This document shows, in pieces, positions 10,348 through 20,800 of a stretch of DNA of 64,000 nucleotides; position 1 is the stretch's first letter, and every line of letters starts with the position of its first letter. Made by a program: the position numbers and the translations under genes. This DNA comes from Cyanidioschyzon merolae. Taxonomy: Eukaryota. Below the pieces are notes generated by a model that was not told where the DNA came from, made no database searches, and was given only the letters and a program-made list of their open reading frames with translations. The stretch lies in assembly GCA_000091205.1 (NCBI GenBank), contig AP006490.2, one strand, 5' to 3'.

Positions 10348-12440
10348 ATGCATTTGGTGACGGAGATGTATCGCGACGTTACGAACATCGTAACGGTCGA
10401 GATTCCGGACGAGTTTTTCGACAAGACCTTTTTTTTTCGTCACATGATGCACGGTACAGGGGAGGCGCGGAAGGAAAATGTGCTAGTAGATGCCTTTCAC
10501 GAAAAGCATCCCTTTTACAGATTCGAGGGTACTCGGCACAAAGGTGACCGGGATATTTACACATACAGGCCGATAAAGTACCTCACGAATCTGAAGAACC
10601 ATTTCAGAGTGAATCTCGAACGTTTCATGATCTGCGCCGTGTTTGCACTCTATCCGGGCCTATCTCGCAATGCAAAATGGACGATGATCAATGGCATCAC
10701 GAACGATCGAAACTATGGAAATGGGATCGAATTCGTCGGAGAGAAGGCATCAAACGAAAGCGCGAGCGAAGCTTCCGTAATCCGTGCGGTTATAGAAGAG
10801 CACCGTGCGGTACTGTGGTTGGCGAATCCAAGAGACAAGATATCAGAGTTGAAAAAAGATAAGGAAAGATACTTTCGCCTCGTCCTGCGCTACTTTGTGT
10901 TTCTGGACCGAGAACTTGAACGCAAAGCGGAGATGAAGCTGATTGAGGAAAAAAATGAAGAGTGGGAGAGACGGAAGGCTATCCTTATGGGGAAGCGCTT
11001 CAACGTGGTTCTAATGAGCAACATCAAGTCACATTTTGTTACTATTGACTCCGGCGTCCTTCACGGCATCATGCAGGAGATCAGTCCCGAATTCAATGAT
11101 AGTATGGACGACTTCACCGGTGAAAACCGGGAGACGTACTGGAAGAGTAACTTCCAGTACAAACGTCTCAAAGTCAGCAAGCAAAAGGTATTCACTGGGA
11201 TGATCGAATCAGATGGAGTAGCCTTGTGTGTACACTATCGGCGGTTGAAGAAAGATCGGCCAGTCCCTTTCTCGGCTGCGCCCGTCACGAAGGATGAAGA
11301 AATGGAGGAGACTGGTCTTGCGACGCAGAAAGTGCAGGATAATGTCTTTCTCGTTGACGCGGCGAAGGTGGAGAGGAGAAGGAGGCGGAACTTACGACGC
11401 AGGAGGTGGAGGATAACGACCTCGTCGTTGGCGTGACAAAGGATGAAGATGAGAAGGAGGCGGATCCTGTGACGCAGGAGATTGAGGGGCACGAACTTGT
11501 CGTGGACGTGACGATGGATGGAGATGAGAAAGAGGCGGGTTCTTCGACACAGAAAGTGCAGGATAACGACTTTGTCGTTCGCGCGGACCCTGGGAACCCA
11601 ATTATCATAACCATCGCTCTACCCAAGCGTGCGGAAGATTGTAACGACTGTAACTTGCGTCAGAAAGACATGCGTCTGTTGAGATTCTCGAGAGCAAGAT
11701 ACTATCGAAAATCCGGTATAATGAATGCTAGGAAGAAAATTGAGACGTGGAATTCATGAATGAAAGAGCACCTGGGAGCTATGTGCGAGGTGACGAGTCG
11801 CGTAGCGGACTTGGAAGCTTTTCGGAAATTCGTGGAAGTTCGTGTTGCCCATTGGGATGCACTGTGGGAGGAGTATACAAAGCCCCGGTGCGCTCGTCCG
11901 CAAATGAATCTATACGGCGGAAGGCAGCTGGCGTTTGCCAACTTTTTCAATCAGTTGGGCGCCTTCAAAAAGGACAAGAGTCAAAGACTAGTAGTAGCGT
12001 ACGGAGCAGTGCGCTGGGCGCCCAAGAAAGGCACTACGCCAGCTCTAACGACAAGAACGTACAAGGAGTGCGCAAGGCGTTTTGTTCCAATACCTGTAGA
12101 TAAGTTTCGAACATCGTATACACACCATGAACTGGGGTGTACACTTGAGAGAGTGGAGATGGAAAAGTGCCAACGGAGTCCTGAGAATAAAACAAAGTAC
12201 GGACCGCTGACGGAGGAGGAAATGGAAAGGAGGGCAAAAGTGCGAGGATTGCTTGCACTGGTGAGTACATCCAGTGATTGCAAGAAACGTATGGAGTTTA
12301 GTAACCGAGACTTTAATGCCACTATCAATATATTAGGAGATGTGCGATGCTGGAGAAGAGACCTCCAGAATAGTCAAGATGGAACTTTATTGGACAATCC
12401 TGCAAAGCCGCGCTATATGAGAAATAGTTGGAAGCACTAG
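10348..12440 (+). CDS. TnpB/Fanzor-like RuvC-fold nuclease gene (OrfB_Zn_ribbon type). It is disrupted by one frameshift at about 11360 and one in-frame TGA at 11757-11759
   Basis: Three ORFs make up the gene: 10348..11436 (a genuine ATG start), 11406..11759 and 11760..12440. The C-terminal part has [21 protein letters not shown]...C...C, which matches the TnpB V..VdP.yTSq.C..CG box. It ends with [12 protein letters not shown], matching the RuvC-III D[RA]DxNAAxNI motif. The N-terminal part has a RuvC-I-like [12 protein letters not shown]. The protein is about 690 aa if joined. Confidence 0.65.
11285..11600 (+). repeat. Four tandem copies of an 81-bp unit encoding a 27-aa acidic repeat ([VT]xDE[ED]xxEAGxxTQKVQDNxF[LV]V[DR]A) inside the Fanzor-like gene
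   Basis: The four copies are [50 protein letters not shown] (in a shifted frame), [25 protein letters not shown] and [25 protein letters not shown]. The frameshift lies between copies 1 and 2. Confidence 0.8.
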
Positions 12441-12628
12441 TAGGTGGCCGGTCCAAGAATACTGGGAGGCGTCTGCACATCAGTTCAGGACGCTATGTTT
12501 AGGGCGCGATTGCTGCCACTACTGTATTCCGGTGACGTCGTTCGACTTTTAAACGGCGTTCGCAGCCGCTTCGGTCTAAGCGTGTGAATATAATTCCCCT
12601 GGGAAGCGCCAGTTGTGGACACTTGCAG

Positions 12629-14008
12629 ATGGCAGGGTCACGAGCGAGCAACCTGAAACAAACCCGCGAAAAGCGCCAGCGCGCTGTTGCGTCTGCTTCT
12701 GCTGCCGCTGCTGTCCGCTGGGAAAGCATCGATGCGGCACTCTGCGAGCAACGGGCAACAGCGGTCACTCGTAGCCTGATCTGGGCCTACCTTATTCTCG
12801 CTGTGGTACTCGTTGTGTTCCCTGCCCTCTATACGCACGCGGAGGATAGTGGCCTGCTCTCCAGTGCGCCGCGGCTATTCGCCATGGCCGCAACAGCGAT
12901 CACGCTCGTCAACATGCTACTTGTTTCAACCAGCGTCGTCTTCATCGGGGCACGCGTGTCTGCAGCACGTGATCGGCTTCGCCGGTGGGCTCTCGAGCAA
13001 TCCCGTACCCGAGCGGGCGCGGACGACTCAGAATCGGTGGCGGCTGCGTTGGCAGCGCTCGAGCGCGAAGTCATCGGAAGAGGCGACGCGCTGCGGTTCC
13101 CCCTGGTCGCTTCACTTGGCCTGATAGCACTCTTCATGGCCATTCGGTACCTGCCGCAAAACGTTGTGCAGCTGCTCATCGGGATGTACGTTGCTCTAGC
13201 CTCGCTGGTCTCGATGACGAGTATCCTCTCGCCGCTGCTGGACCTGCTGGAGCACCGATTGCGGCAATCGCCGCGCACCAAACCGTTGGGGATGCTCATG
13301 GCGCGGCGGTTTGGACTTTTCAGGGATACGCTCTCGGTACACGGTCGAGATGTGCTGGGCATGGTGCTCGCGCTGCCGCTTCTCTACTGGTATCGGCAGT
13401 CGAGCGGTCTCGGCGCTGCGATCCTGAACAATATTTTTGCGGCAAGCCTGGGAGTTGCGGGCATCGACCTATTGGCCATTGGTGACTTTCAGACGGCTGT
13501 CGTGCTGCTTGTCGGCCTTTTCCTCTACGATATTTTCTGGGTCTTTGGCAGCGAGGCCGTCTTCGGCGACAACGTGATGGTATCGGTCGCGCGCGGCATC
13601 GACGGTCCCTTCAAATTCGTCTTCTACCGTCTGCGAGCGCGCCCTGATGCAGCGCGCGATATGTCGATGCTAGGACTTGGTGACCTGGTGATTCCCGGAC
13701 TCTTTGTGGCCCTGATGTTGCGCTTTGACCACCGTCATTTGGCGAAACCTTCACTGGCGCCCAAGCATCCCTATTTTTCTGCTACATACATGGCCTATGC
13801 ACTGGGTATGGTGACAACGTTCGTAGCGATGGCGGTGTCGAAGGCGGCGCAACCTGCGCTGCTTTACCTGGTACCGTTCTGCCTGGTGGCACCGCTGATG
13901 CGAGCCTGGCGCCTGGGCGAGCTGCGCTCGCTCTGGTATTACCGCGAACACGATGCGGAGCTTGATTCGCATCGCGAGCCGCACCAGTCGTCATGCAACG
14001 ATACCTAG
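12629..14008 (+). CDS. Signal peptide peptidase (presenilin-type intramembrane aspartyl protease, SPP/HM13 family)
   Basis: YDIFWVFGS carries the YD motif, MLGLGDLVIPGLFVALMLRFD carries GxGD, and QPALLYLVP carries PAL. There are multiple TM helices. The ORF track start at 12584 is GTG; the first ATG is at 12629. Confidence 0.85.
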   Translation: MAGSRASNLKQTREKRQRAVASASAAAAVRWESIDAALCEQRATAVTRSLIWAYLILAVVLVVFPALYTHAEDSGLLSSAPRLFAMAATAITLVNMLLVSTSVVFIGARVSAARDRLRRWALEQSRTRAGADDSESVAAALAALEREVIGRGDALRFPLVASLGLIALFMAIRYLPQNVVQLLIGMYVALASLVSMTSILSPLLDLLEHRLRQSPRTKPLGMLMARRFGLFRDTLSVHGRDVLGMVLALPLLYWYRQSSGLGAAILNNIFAASLGVAGIDLLAIGDFQTAVVLLVGLFLYDIFWVFGSEAVFGDNVMVSVARGIDGPFKFVFYRLRARPDAARDMSMLGLGDLVIPGLFVALMLRFDHRHLAKPSLAPKHPYFSATYMAYALGMVTTFVAMAVSKAAQPALLYLVPFCLVAPLMRAWRLGELRSLWYYREHDAELDSHREPHQSSCNDT

Positions 14009-15633
14009 AACCGGAAGCGGGCCGCATCTAGCAGCAGTCGCTACCGCATCGATACTGGACATGCCATGGAGCGATTGCGCCCTAAGGACACGCACAGAGT
14101 CAACGACGCGGTGCATGCGCGCCATCATCCAGCCAGAATGACCAGCGTATGGGCAGCGCGCTCCATTTAACTAAAAGTTGAATGACCGCAAATCCTGCCA
14201 GCTGCTTGGTCGGTGCTGTGCCTGTTCGTTAGCGGCATCGTGCATGCCGCCGTGTGCCACCAAAAGCGCAATGCATTTGGGTATTCGAGGATCGCCCGCA
14301 CAAGGCATGCGAGTCTGCGCTGAGAGCACCATTGCGTCGATGCAATTTCAGCAGCGGCGGCTGGCAAAAGTCCAGACCCAGGTGTGCTGCGGCTCAGTAT
14401 CTATTGGTCAAGCACTCGGTGCACGCCGAACTTTTACACACTGTAAAGAATATCCCTCTGGACACCAACATGACCTGGAGGCCACGCACCACAAAGGCTC
14501 CTGCAGGGAGCCTCTCTCTCAAGCGATGACTCTGAGCAGCGCTATCCCGAACACTTGATCTACTGCCGAGTCTCGTTACCCTGTAGGGCATCTTAGCTCC
14601 CAAGTGCGCCTCATATTCCTGCGCCCTGAGCGCAAGAGGTATCGCTCTGGTGTACTGGGTGCCGCTCGTGTTTCTACGTGGCATCCAGCGTCGCCGTCGC
14701 GATGATCATTTCGATCGCGACGTGTCCGCGCACGCATCGCCGCCGTAGATGGTGCGTGTCACACAAGTTGCATTGGTGCATGCAGTGGACAGCGTTTTTC
14801 TGCGTCAACCGCTGTGAGTACTTTCCTGGTGTTTATACTCTGGATAGCGATACATGCAGGGCTTCTGAAAATCTTATTCGGTTACGTGGAGCAATGCGGG
14901 TATCCAGGCTATGGTGGTCGTCATGGGTCACGAGCAGCAGACCGTGTCCATCTCTGCATGGACTTGGGCTGGAAAAAGACCTGTCAATGTGTGTTGTCAT
15001 ATTTTTGGAGCAAACCTATACATATTATATATTGGAAATATTGCGTATAGGGTCGAACCCTCGCGTCGTGTGGCATCGCGTCGCGTAGGATCGTCCGAAC
15101 AAAGCAGCTTCACAAAGAACGTGAAATGCATGACGACTAAACTCACGATCACGCTCTTCGGCCTCGTTCGGTTGCTCGGGAGCAGCATCGAGAAGCCATG
15201 CCAGGCTCAAAACAAAAGGATGGGATTTGGCGTATAATTGCTTGCTTTTGTTCTGTGACTGGACAAGAGCATGCGACTATCTTATTCAGGGAATACGGTG
15301 CACCGCTGCACTGTAATCTGCGCCATCCCGAATCGATGGGTGGCGCGCGCTAGCGCCTCGTCATATCGTGTGCGAAAAAGTTGGAACTTGCGCAGCCACC
15401 ATCCATGAGCGCGGATAGAGCCGACGCTCTTCTGGTCCAGGTGTCGCGGAACGAATGCCCGGTTTACCACGAGATGTACCGAAATCGCCTTTCCTGACCA
15501 TGATACGCTCACACGACATATACCCGGAAATAGAGCGTTCATACACCGGGAATCCTATCAATCACGGGATAGGAGAATGCAAACTCGGAGCATATCATGA
15601 ACGCCGCACGAGACCCCTTCTAAATATTGTGTA

Positions 15634-17841
15634 TCATTCGGGGGTGTCGCCCTGCCAAAGAGCTACGGCGCGTCCAGCTATGTTTCGAACGAGGTGGTCA
15701 CGAATCCAACCCTCCATTCGGGGATACGGAACTAGTTTCGCAATATCTCCCACGAATCCATACAAGAGCAATGTTCTTGCTTCATCTCTGGAAGCTCCTC
15801 TTGACTGCAAGTAAAACAGTTCGACCTCGTCCAAATGGGCAGAGGCAGCACCATGGGTGCAGGACACATCGTCATTCAGAACCTCTAGGAACGGCATGAC
15901 GTGCACACGAGAACCATCGCTCAGAAGCAGACTCCGGATTAACTGATGCGCATTGGTGCCGTCCGCCTCTCGCTCCACGTACACTGTCCCTCGGTAGACT
16001 GCAGTGCTTCGGTCGACAACCACATTCTTGTGAAGTTGATTCGACTCACACTGAGCGACATGATGACTGACTCGAACCTGCACATCGCCAAGAGCTCGAT
16101 CCTGAAGCAAGGTCAGGCCGTTGACGTTACAAGAGGCCCGGCGGCCAACTAGATCAACGCCCATGACAAGCCGCCGCAACGCCAAAGAATCCACATTCAG
16201 ATTGGTCGCGGTGAACGAGGTTCCTTGCTCGCAACGAACTGACAGACCAGTCATGTGGTAGAAACGATGTTGGTCCTGACGGACCGACTCCGATACGGAT
16301 TGCGAGCCAATAATACTCAATTTCAGGCACGCATCGGTCTCCAGATGCACGTTGACACACTCATTCAGGAATGTGGCATCGTTTGGCTGCTGGGGCGCTT
16401 CAGGAGACGTGGCCCCTAGCGCAACAAGCCGAAAGGATACGGACGCCATTGCGCCGCGGTCGAGAAAGATTACAGTTCGAGGATTCACAGCGACGCCGGC
16501 GTCGACTACCTGGATGATTTCCATGGGGCGATCAATCGTACACCCCGGTGGCAGGTATACCACGAAAACGCCATCCCCGTCGCCAGACATTCCTAGATAC
16601 ACGTTCAAAAGGGTGAAAAAATCGTTCACCTTGGCGATGCCACTCGAATAATCGTGTGTCCGGGGCTCTTCACGAAACGGAACGACACCCAGGCCTGCTT
16701 CAGGCGGCGCGGTTCGAATGACCGATACGATGCGTTCCTGAAGTGCGCCGTCAGTGCACTCCTTGAGGTTGCCGACGTAACCTTGTTGAAGCGACGACGT
16801 GTCGCGAATCTGGGCGAGAGAGCTCAGTTCCTGAACAAGCCGGCCGTTCAGTAAAACAAATCTCAAGGGTTCCGTTTCCGAACCTTGGGTCGGCGTTCCG
16901 CACACTTGCTCCGCACGGTGAAGGGCATCACGTAGCCGCTCGAGCTGTGCGCTTGTGTACGGCTCCCGAGGCGTTCGCAGCCTAAAGTCTGTCTCTAGCA
17001 GCTCTCTGATATCGGTGAAGCGCCAGGTCTCCATCTTCCGATGCGGCAGGCGCTTCTCAGCTGCGGCACTCCCGAGACGCGCAAGTGCTATATCGCGCAA
17101 AGAGGCACAGCAGCCTGAAGTGATGTCGCTGGGTGGCGCCTGCGCCAGCAGTCTCTCCATGAAAGAGGAACTCCTCCAAAGGCGCATCGCCTGCACTACA
17201 GCAGAGAGTTCTTCCTCAACACTCTGACTGCGGGGCTGCATACCGCCAACATCCGAACCGTTCATGTCGAGCCTCGCTGAGCGTCTGACCTGCGCGGATC
17301 GACAGCGACTCCCAGCGCGTCGCTGATGAGCGCAGCTACCAACAACGGTAGCGTTCCAGCCACCTCGGAAGGCGCCAACGCGTCCTCCTGGAACAACAAA
17401 GGCAGACAGTTTGTTCTCTCTTGCCTCGATCGTAAGCATTTTATCCCCAACTAGCGCCTTGCGCAACAGTACCAAACCACGAAGAGCGCTGAAATAGTTG
17501 CACAGCCCGCGGCAGGCCCGGGGTATGCGCGTGCCCCCGGCCTGGTGGCTGCCAATCGCTGGCGGATCGCCGTTTGATCGCCGCCGTCGCTGCCACTGCA
17601 GGCACGCTGTGCGGGATGCGGCGCAGGCGCTGTGGCGCGCCTCCCACGCGTGCCATCGATCCTGCGGTGCGCTATAGGCGCTGCTGTTGCTGCCGCTTGC
17701 GGCAGGCTCGGCACACGATAGGACGTATGAAACGACCAGAATATCCGAGATGAAGTATAGGTAATGTAACTCGGAGGTAGGGTGTTTGATAGATACCTCG
17801 TCGCGCTCTGAAAAACCCAAAAAGAAAAGAAAAATGCGCAT
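15634..17841 (-). CDS. sufD: Fe-S cluster assembly protein SufD (SUF system, plastid-type) with a roughly 200-aa N-terminal extension
   Basis: The C-terminal region LIRSLLLSDGSRVHVMPFLEVLNDDVSCTHGAASAHLDEVELFYLQSRGASRDEARTLLLYGF matches the conserved SufB/SufD signature (LLLSD..A...P.LEI..DDVKCSHGAT.G.LDEE.LFYL.SRGI...A..LL..GF). The SufD-like N-terminal region includes LPHRKMETWRFTDI. The ATG at 17839-17841 gives MRIFLFFLGFS. Confidence 0.8.
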   Translation of the reverse strand: MRIFLFFLGFSERDEVSIKHPTSELHYLYFISDILVVSYVLSCAEPAASGSNSSAYSAPQDRWHAWEARHSACAASRTACLQWQRRRRSNGDPPAIGSHQAGGTRIPRACRGLCNYFSALRGLVLLRKALVGDKMLTIEARENKLSAFVVPGGRVGAFRGGWNATVVGSCAHQRRAGSRCRSAQVRRSARLDMNGSDVGGMQPRSQSVEEELSAVVQAMRLWRSSSFMERLLAQAPPSDITSGCCASLRDIALARLGSAAAEKRLPHRKMETWRFTDIRELLETDFRLRTPREPYTSAQLERLRDALHRAEQVCGTPTQGSETEPLRFVLLNGRLVQELSSLAQIRDTSSLQQGYVGNLKECTDGALQERIVSVIRTAPPEAGLGVVPFREEPRTHDYSSGIAKVNDFFTLLNVYLGMSGDGDGVFVVYLPPGCTIDRPMEIIQVVDAGVAVNPRTVIFLDRGAMASVSFRLVALGATSPEAPQQPNDATFLNECVNVHLETDACLKLSIIGSQSVSESVRQDQHRFYHMTGLSVRCEQGTSFTATNLNVDSLALRRLVMGVDLVGRRASCNVNGLTLLQDRALGDVQVRVSHHVAQCESNQLHKNVVVDRSTAVYRGTVYVEREADGTNAHQLIRSLLLSDGSRVHVMPFLEVLNDDVSCTHGAASAHLDEVELFYLQSRGASRDEARTLLLYGFVGDIAKLVPYPRMEGWIRDHLVRNIAGRAVALWQGDTPE

Positions 17842-20800
17842 AATCGGAGAACGCTGGCCTAAGTAAAGGTTTTGTCAATGAAAAAAATCGATCCTGCGGT
17901 TGGCATCGGTGGCGCTGCTGCCCTTGAGATGCTAGACGTCGTCCAGTTTGCGCATCGCTGTTGTTGCTGGCTCGAGTGGGATCTCATATGGCCTGTCTCA
18001 TTGCGTAGGGCATCTGGGTCCGGCAAATTTTGAATTTCGTGGGATCAGGTACACAAATCACCTGTTTGCTGCTACTGGGACTGCGATAAAGCAAGCGGAA
18101 AGACGTGATTCCCTGATGCACAAGTGCTGCTTCCAGAAACGCTGCGATGGGAATCGAACATTTCTCCTGAGCCGCTCGCATACCCAGGTGCGGTTCATTG
18201 GTTGTTTTGAACATATAAACGTCCTGATTCGACAGGTTGAGGGTACAGCGCAGGCGTGCAAAGCGCTCGCTTAGAGCGTGCACGCAAACCGGACACGCAT
18301 GCGAGATGAGACGGAATGGCAGTGCGCGCTCCAGGGCGTAGCGCGTTCCGCGCTCTAAAGATGCACACTCGGAGGTTCTCGCGAAAGACTGCTCCTGGAA
18401 TGCCTCCGAGTGCCACCGTATCGAAACTACTGCCATCACGGGAAGCGCCGTCCACGATTGTTGCGCGAAACGGATACGTCAGACCATTGCCCACACGTGC
18501 TACTCAAGAGTACCTCAAGACTCTGCCTAATCGTCGAGAAGCTATCGGTGCCTCTTGAGAGCCCGTCTTTCAGGGTCGAATGTTCAAGATCCGAGCTTTA
18601 CAAGCTGCTCTGCATTTTGTGGTGTCTCCACACGCATCGGAAAGGATTTGGAGTACGTGGGTGTGTGCTTCAGGATCCAGAGCACCGCCTCCTGCGACCG
18701 AGTTTCGTCCAACATCAGCGAGCTCACCGAGCGCAGATGCTGCCGCCGCCATCTCAGAAGAGCGACTGTCATCGACAATCTACACGTAAGCTGCTTGCGG
18801 CACAACGGAATCATCGATCTGTGTCTTTTGTGGTAGCCCGCAAGTGCACGAGAAAGCCGTGCTGTCTCTGAACAGCGACGCTGGCTGCGCAGATGGCACC
18901 GTAGAACGCAATTGTGACCAACCTCGCACCCAGACCGTCCGCGAACGCATATCTCCAACCTGTGTCCCTCAAGGTTGGGCGGCTCCAGGGTCCACGGTGA
19001 ATTGCTTCTTCGTCCGGCGGACTGCGCTCTCTCCCAGGGCTTGCTGTCGTACTCGTGCATCCGCGGGAGTCTGACCAAAATCATCGATCATAGACGATTA
19101 CAAATCGAGCGGTCGCCATCGTTGGCGAGGAAATCGCTTGGCGCTTTGTTTTGATCGACGGATCGTGTACATTGGCCCAGGGATCTCCATCTTCGCAATG
19201 CTGATCGGCGTCTTGGAGAGCTTCCATCACTTCATACCTGATGCAAGACCTACATGAGATATCGAGTACACGCACAGACCGGACACGGCCTCGATGCAGC
19301 CACCAATCCACAGCTACTTCGAGAGGTGGCATAACTCCGTGGCTCGGTATCCAATTTGGAGGCGTTTGTTTGGTACACAGGACGTGTTTGTCGACCAGGG
19401 ATCTCGGATAGCAAGATGGATATCGGCGTACCGGGCAGAGTCCATGATTCAGCAACTGACCTCCAAGTTCTACCAGCCACTACCAATACTATCATCCCGA
19501 GGAATTACTGGTCATTCCGTATGCTCCAGAGATTGCTGAGCCTGCCGTGAACACCCCCGATGGCACAAAATAGCGCCTATGCCGACACCGCATCGAGACA
19601 CTGCGGGTTCATCACACCAGTGAGGGCGCCGGCTCGACGCGAGGTTCAAGCGACACGAGGGCGGAACTAGCCGGTGTTCTGGTATCCAGCAGAATGCACA
19701 AAGAGACCTACTGCGTCCAACAGCGCCAGGTAGTATGCCAGGAGACCATCAAGACCAGGGCGACAGCTAGAAGCAGCCTACTCACTTCTAGCCCCAGAAA
19801 AAAAGGCCTTGAGGTCGAGCTGCTCAGGTAGGGCCACGGCAGCCGCCACCGGAGGGCACATGAAACGTGCGGCACGAGCCTGGGAGAATCGTACAGCTCG
19901 CGGGACCTTCTTCTTGCAGGGTAATCTCCCGATTACGCGGAAATATTTTCCCGTGCTCACTGGGTGTGGCGAAGCGAGAAGAAGCAGTTAAGTGGATGCA
20001 AGTTTTTTGGATGTATTCTATCATGTTTTCTGTTCTCGCTGATGAGCGCCTCGAGTGCCTCTCATTCGAAGCTACGGTACGTTCGCGATAGGAGCAGTAG
20101 CGCTCGCGGCGTTGGTCTTCTTCACCAATGCATGTCTAATTGTTTGAAATGGCTATAGCGGTACACAGCATTCGTCACCGCTTGCGAGGCGTTGGCGTGA
20201 TTACATGGCATACCGTGGACTGCCCTGTACTTCAACGCTGTTGTCTACCACATCCATGTGAGAATGGTACAGGGCGGCTTCCCGAAGCACGGGCAGGCAT
20301 CCTGAAAGTTCTCCTCTCTTTCCATTGCCATCAACACCAGGATTTGCAGCCCTTTTTACTTCTTTCTTTTCTCCTCTCTTACCTGCGGCTTTTTCTCTGC
20401 AGATCCCTACCGTCGCTCCAGTTACGTTTTCAATACTCGAAAGCAGTTGATTCCAGCGTAACATTCCCGATGACGCTGCGCAGACTGTTCCTCAAGCATG
20501 TCATGGCAGGCAAGCGTCGCAATGTACACTGTGCTTGAAATTCTTATCACCTTCGCTTACAGCCTTAACGTGTTTTTCGCATCTACGAAACTTGGCTGTG
20601 ATTAGGGTCGCCGCTAAGCTCGCTGCTCCGTCTTTACCGGGCCCTGTCCTGCGGCGCGTGGGCGCTTGCGTTACTGCTCCAGACTTGTCTTCGACGAAGA
20701 CAGAAAACTCGCTTTTGTGCTCTTTTCTTTACTGGGAGAAGTGAAGGACCCCACGTTACCGATTCTCTTTTGGGAGATAGCCTCAGCGAGTACGCGACCC

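Larger units (their letters stand above)
10150..12600 (+). mobile_element. Putative Fanzor/TnpB-carrying transposon remnant; boundaries are not defined
   Basis: TnpB/Fanzor homologs are normally transposon-encoded. The gene is flanked upstream by an A-rich low-complexity tract at 10000-10160 and sits immediately against the promoter of the next gene. No terminal inverted repeats could be verified by eye. Confidence 0.3.

Noticed and set aside
12829-13485. A 177-aa minus ORF and a 166-aa plus ORF overlapping the SPP gene
   Set aside because: Both are out of frame or antisense within a CDS that has diagnostic YD/GxGD/PAL motifs. The high GC yields long spurious ORFs.
16705-16725. A GGTTCGAAT T-loop-like motif that might indicate a tRNA
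   Set aside because: It lies inside the SufD coding sequence. No acceptor-stem or anticodon-stem complementarity could be built around it. No other convincing tRNA-like segments were found by eye.
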